DNA of 64,000 nucleotides from Octopus vulgaris (lineage: Eukaryota). The stretch spans positions 38,688,001 through 38,752,000 of the forward strand of contig OX597818.1 of the NCBI GenBank assembly GCA_951406725.2, in the 5' to 3' direction. Of the stretch, positions 63,776-64,000 are shown in pieces. The notes beneath the pieces are model-generated. The model searched no databases. It saw only the letters and a list, made by a program, of their open reading frames with translations, and was not told the origin of the DNA. The number at the start of each line of letters is the position of its first letter. Positions within the stretch are counted from its first letter, which is position 1. A program made the translations under genes and the position numbers.

Positions 63776-64000
63776 TTATGATTGCTTTCTGTTAGACTTA
63801 CTAATGTAATTGTTCAGCCAAATTAACTGGTTGTACCAAAATTTCAATTAAAATCATTCAGTACATTTGCCTTTCCTTTTAGCATGAACATGTGATGCTC
63901 AACTCTTCCAGAAACCATTTCTATCTTTAATATCTCATGTTCCCATCAGATTTCACACACTAGATCTTATCTGGTTTAATATATAAGCATTCTTTTATTT

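Overview
Eukaryotic, AT-rich, repeat-dense genomic DNA. The SINE/LINE inventory, long (AT)n/(CA)n/(ATG)n microsatellites and protein divergence suggest an octopus (coleoid cephalopod); this is inference. The window lies inside one gene, PRKDC (DNA-PKcs), on the minus strand. I reconstructed 26 coding exons by hand (60887 down to 4262; 3458 nt, 1152 full codons, no stops, every splice phase consistent). They run from just before the ABCDE autophosphorylation region through the YRPD motif, the FAT domain and the FRB-like region to LEIPG. The N-terminal HEAT repeats and the kinase core/FATC lie outside the window. The introns hold three Tc1/mariner elements, a Merlin-like MITE, piggyBac-like MITEs, non-autonomous Helitrons, two solo LTRs, RTE and CR1 LINE fragments, several SINE families and a degenerate tRNA-Ala(AGC). 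The most unusual signal is about ten distinct minimal hammerhead-ribozyme-like motifs of the Penelope-like-element type, several inside long fold-back elements next to exons. Their cores appear to show three versions of the 3-8 base pair (C3-G8, U3-A8, G3-C8), and one is amplified into a 102-bp head-to-tail array. The protein also seems to have lost most ABCDE S/TQ sites, and one intron needs a GC donor. Family assignments come from pattern recognition only; no searches were run. Repeat boundaries are approximate unless target-site duplications (TSDs) or terminal inverted repeats (TIRs) are quoted.
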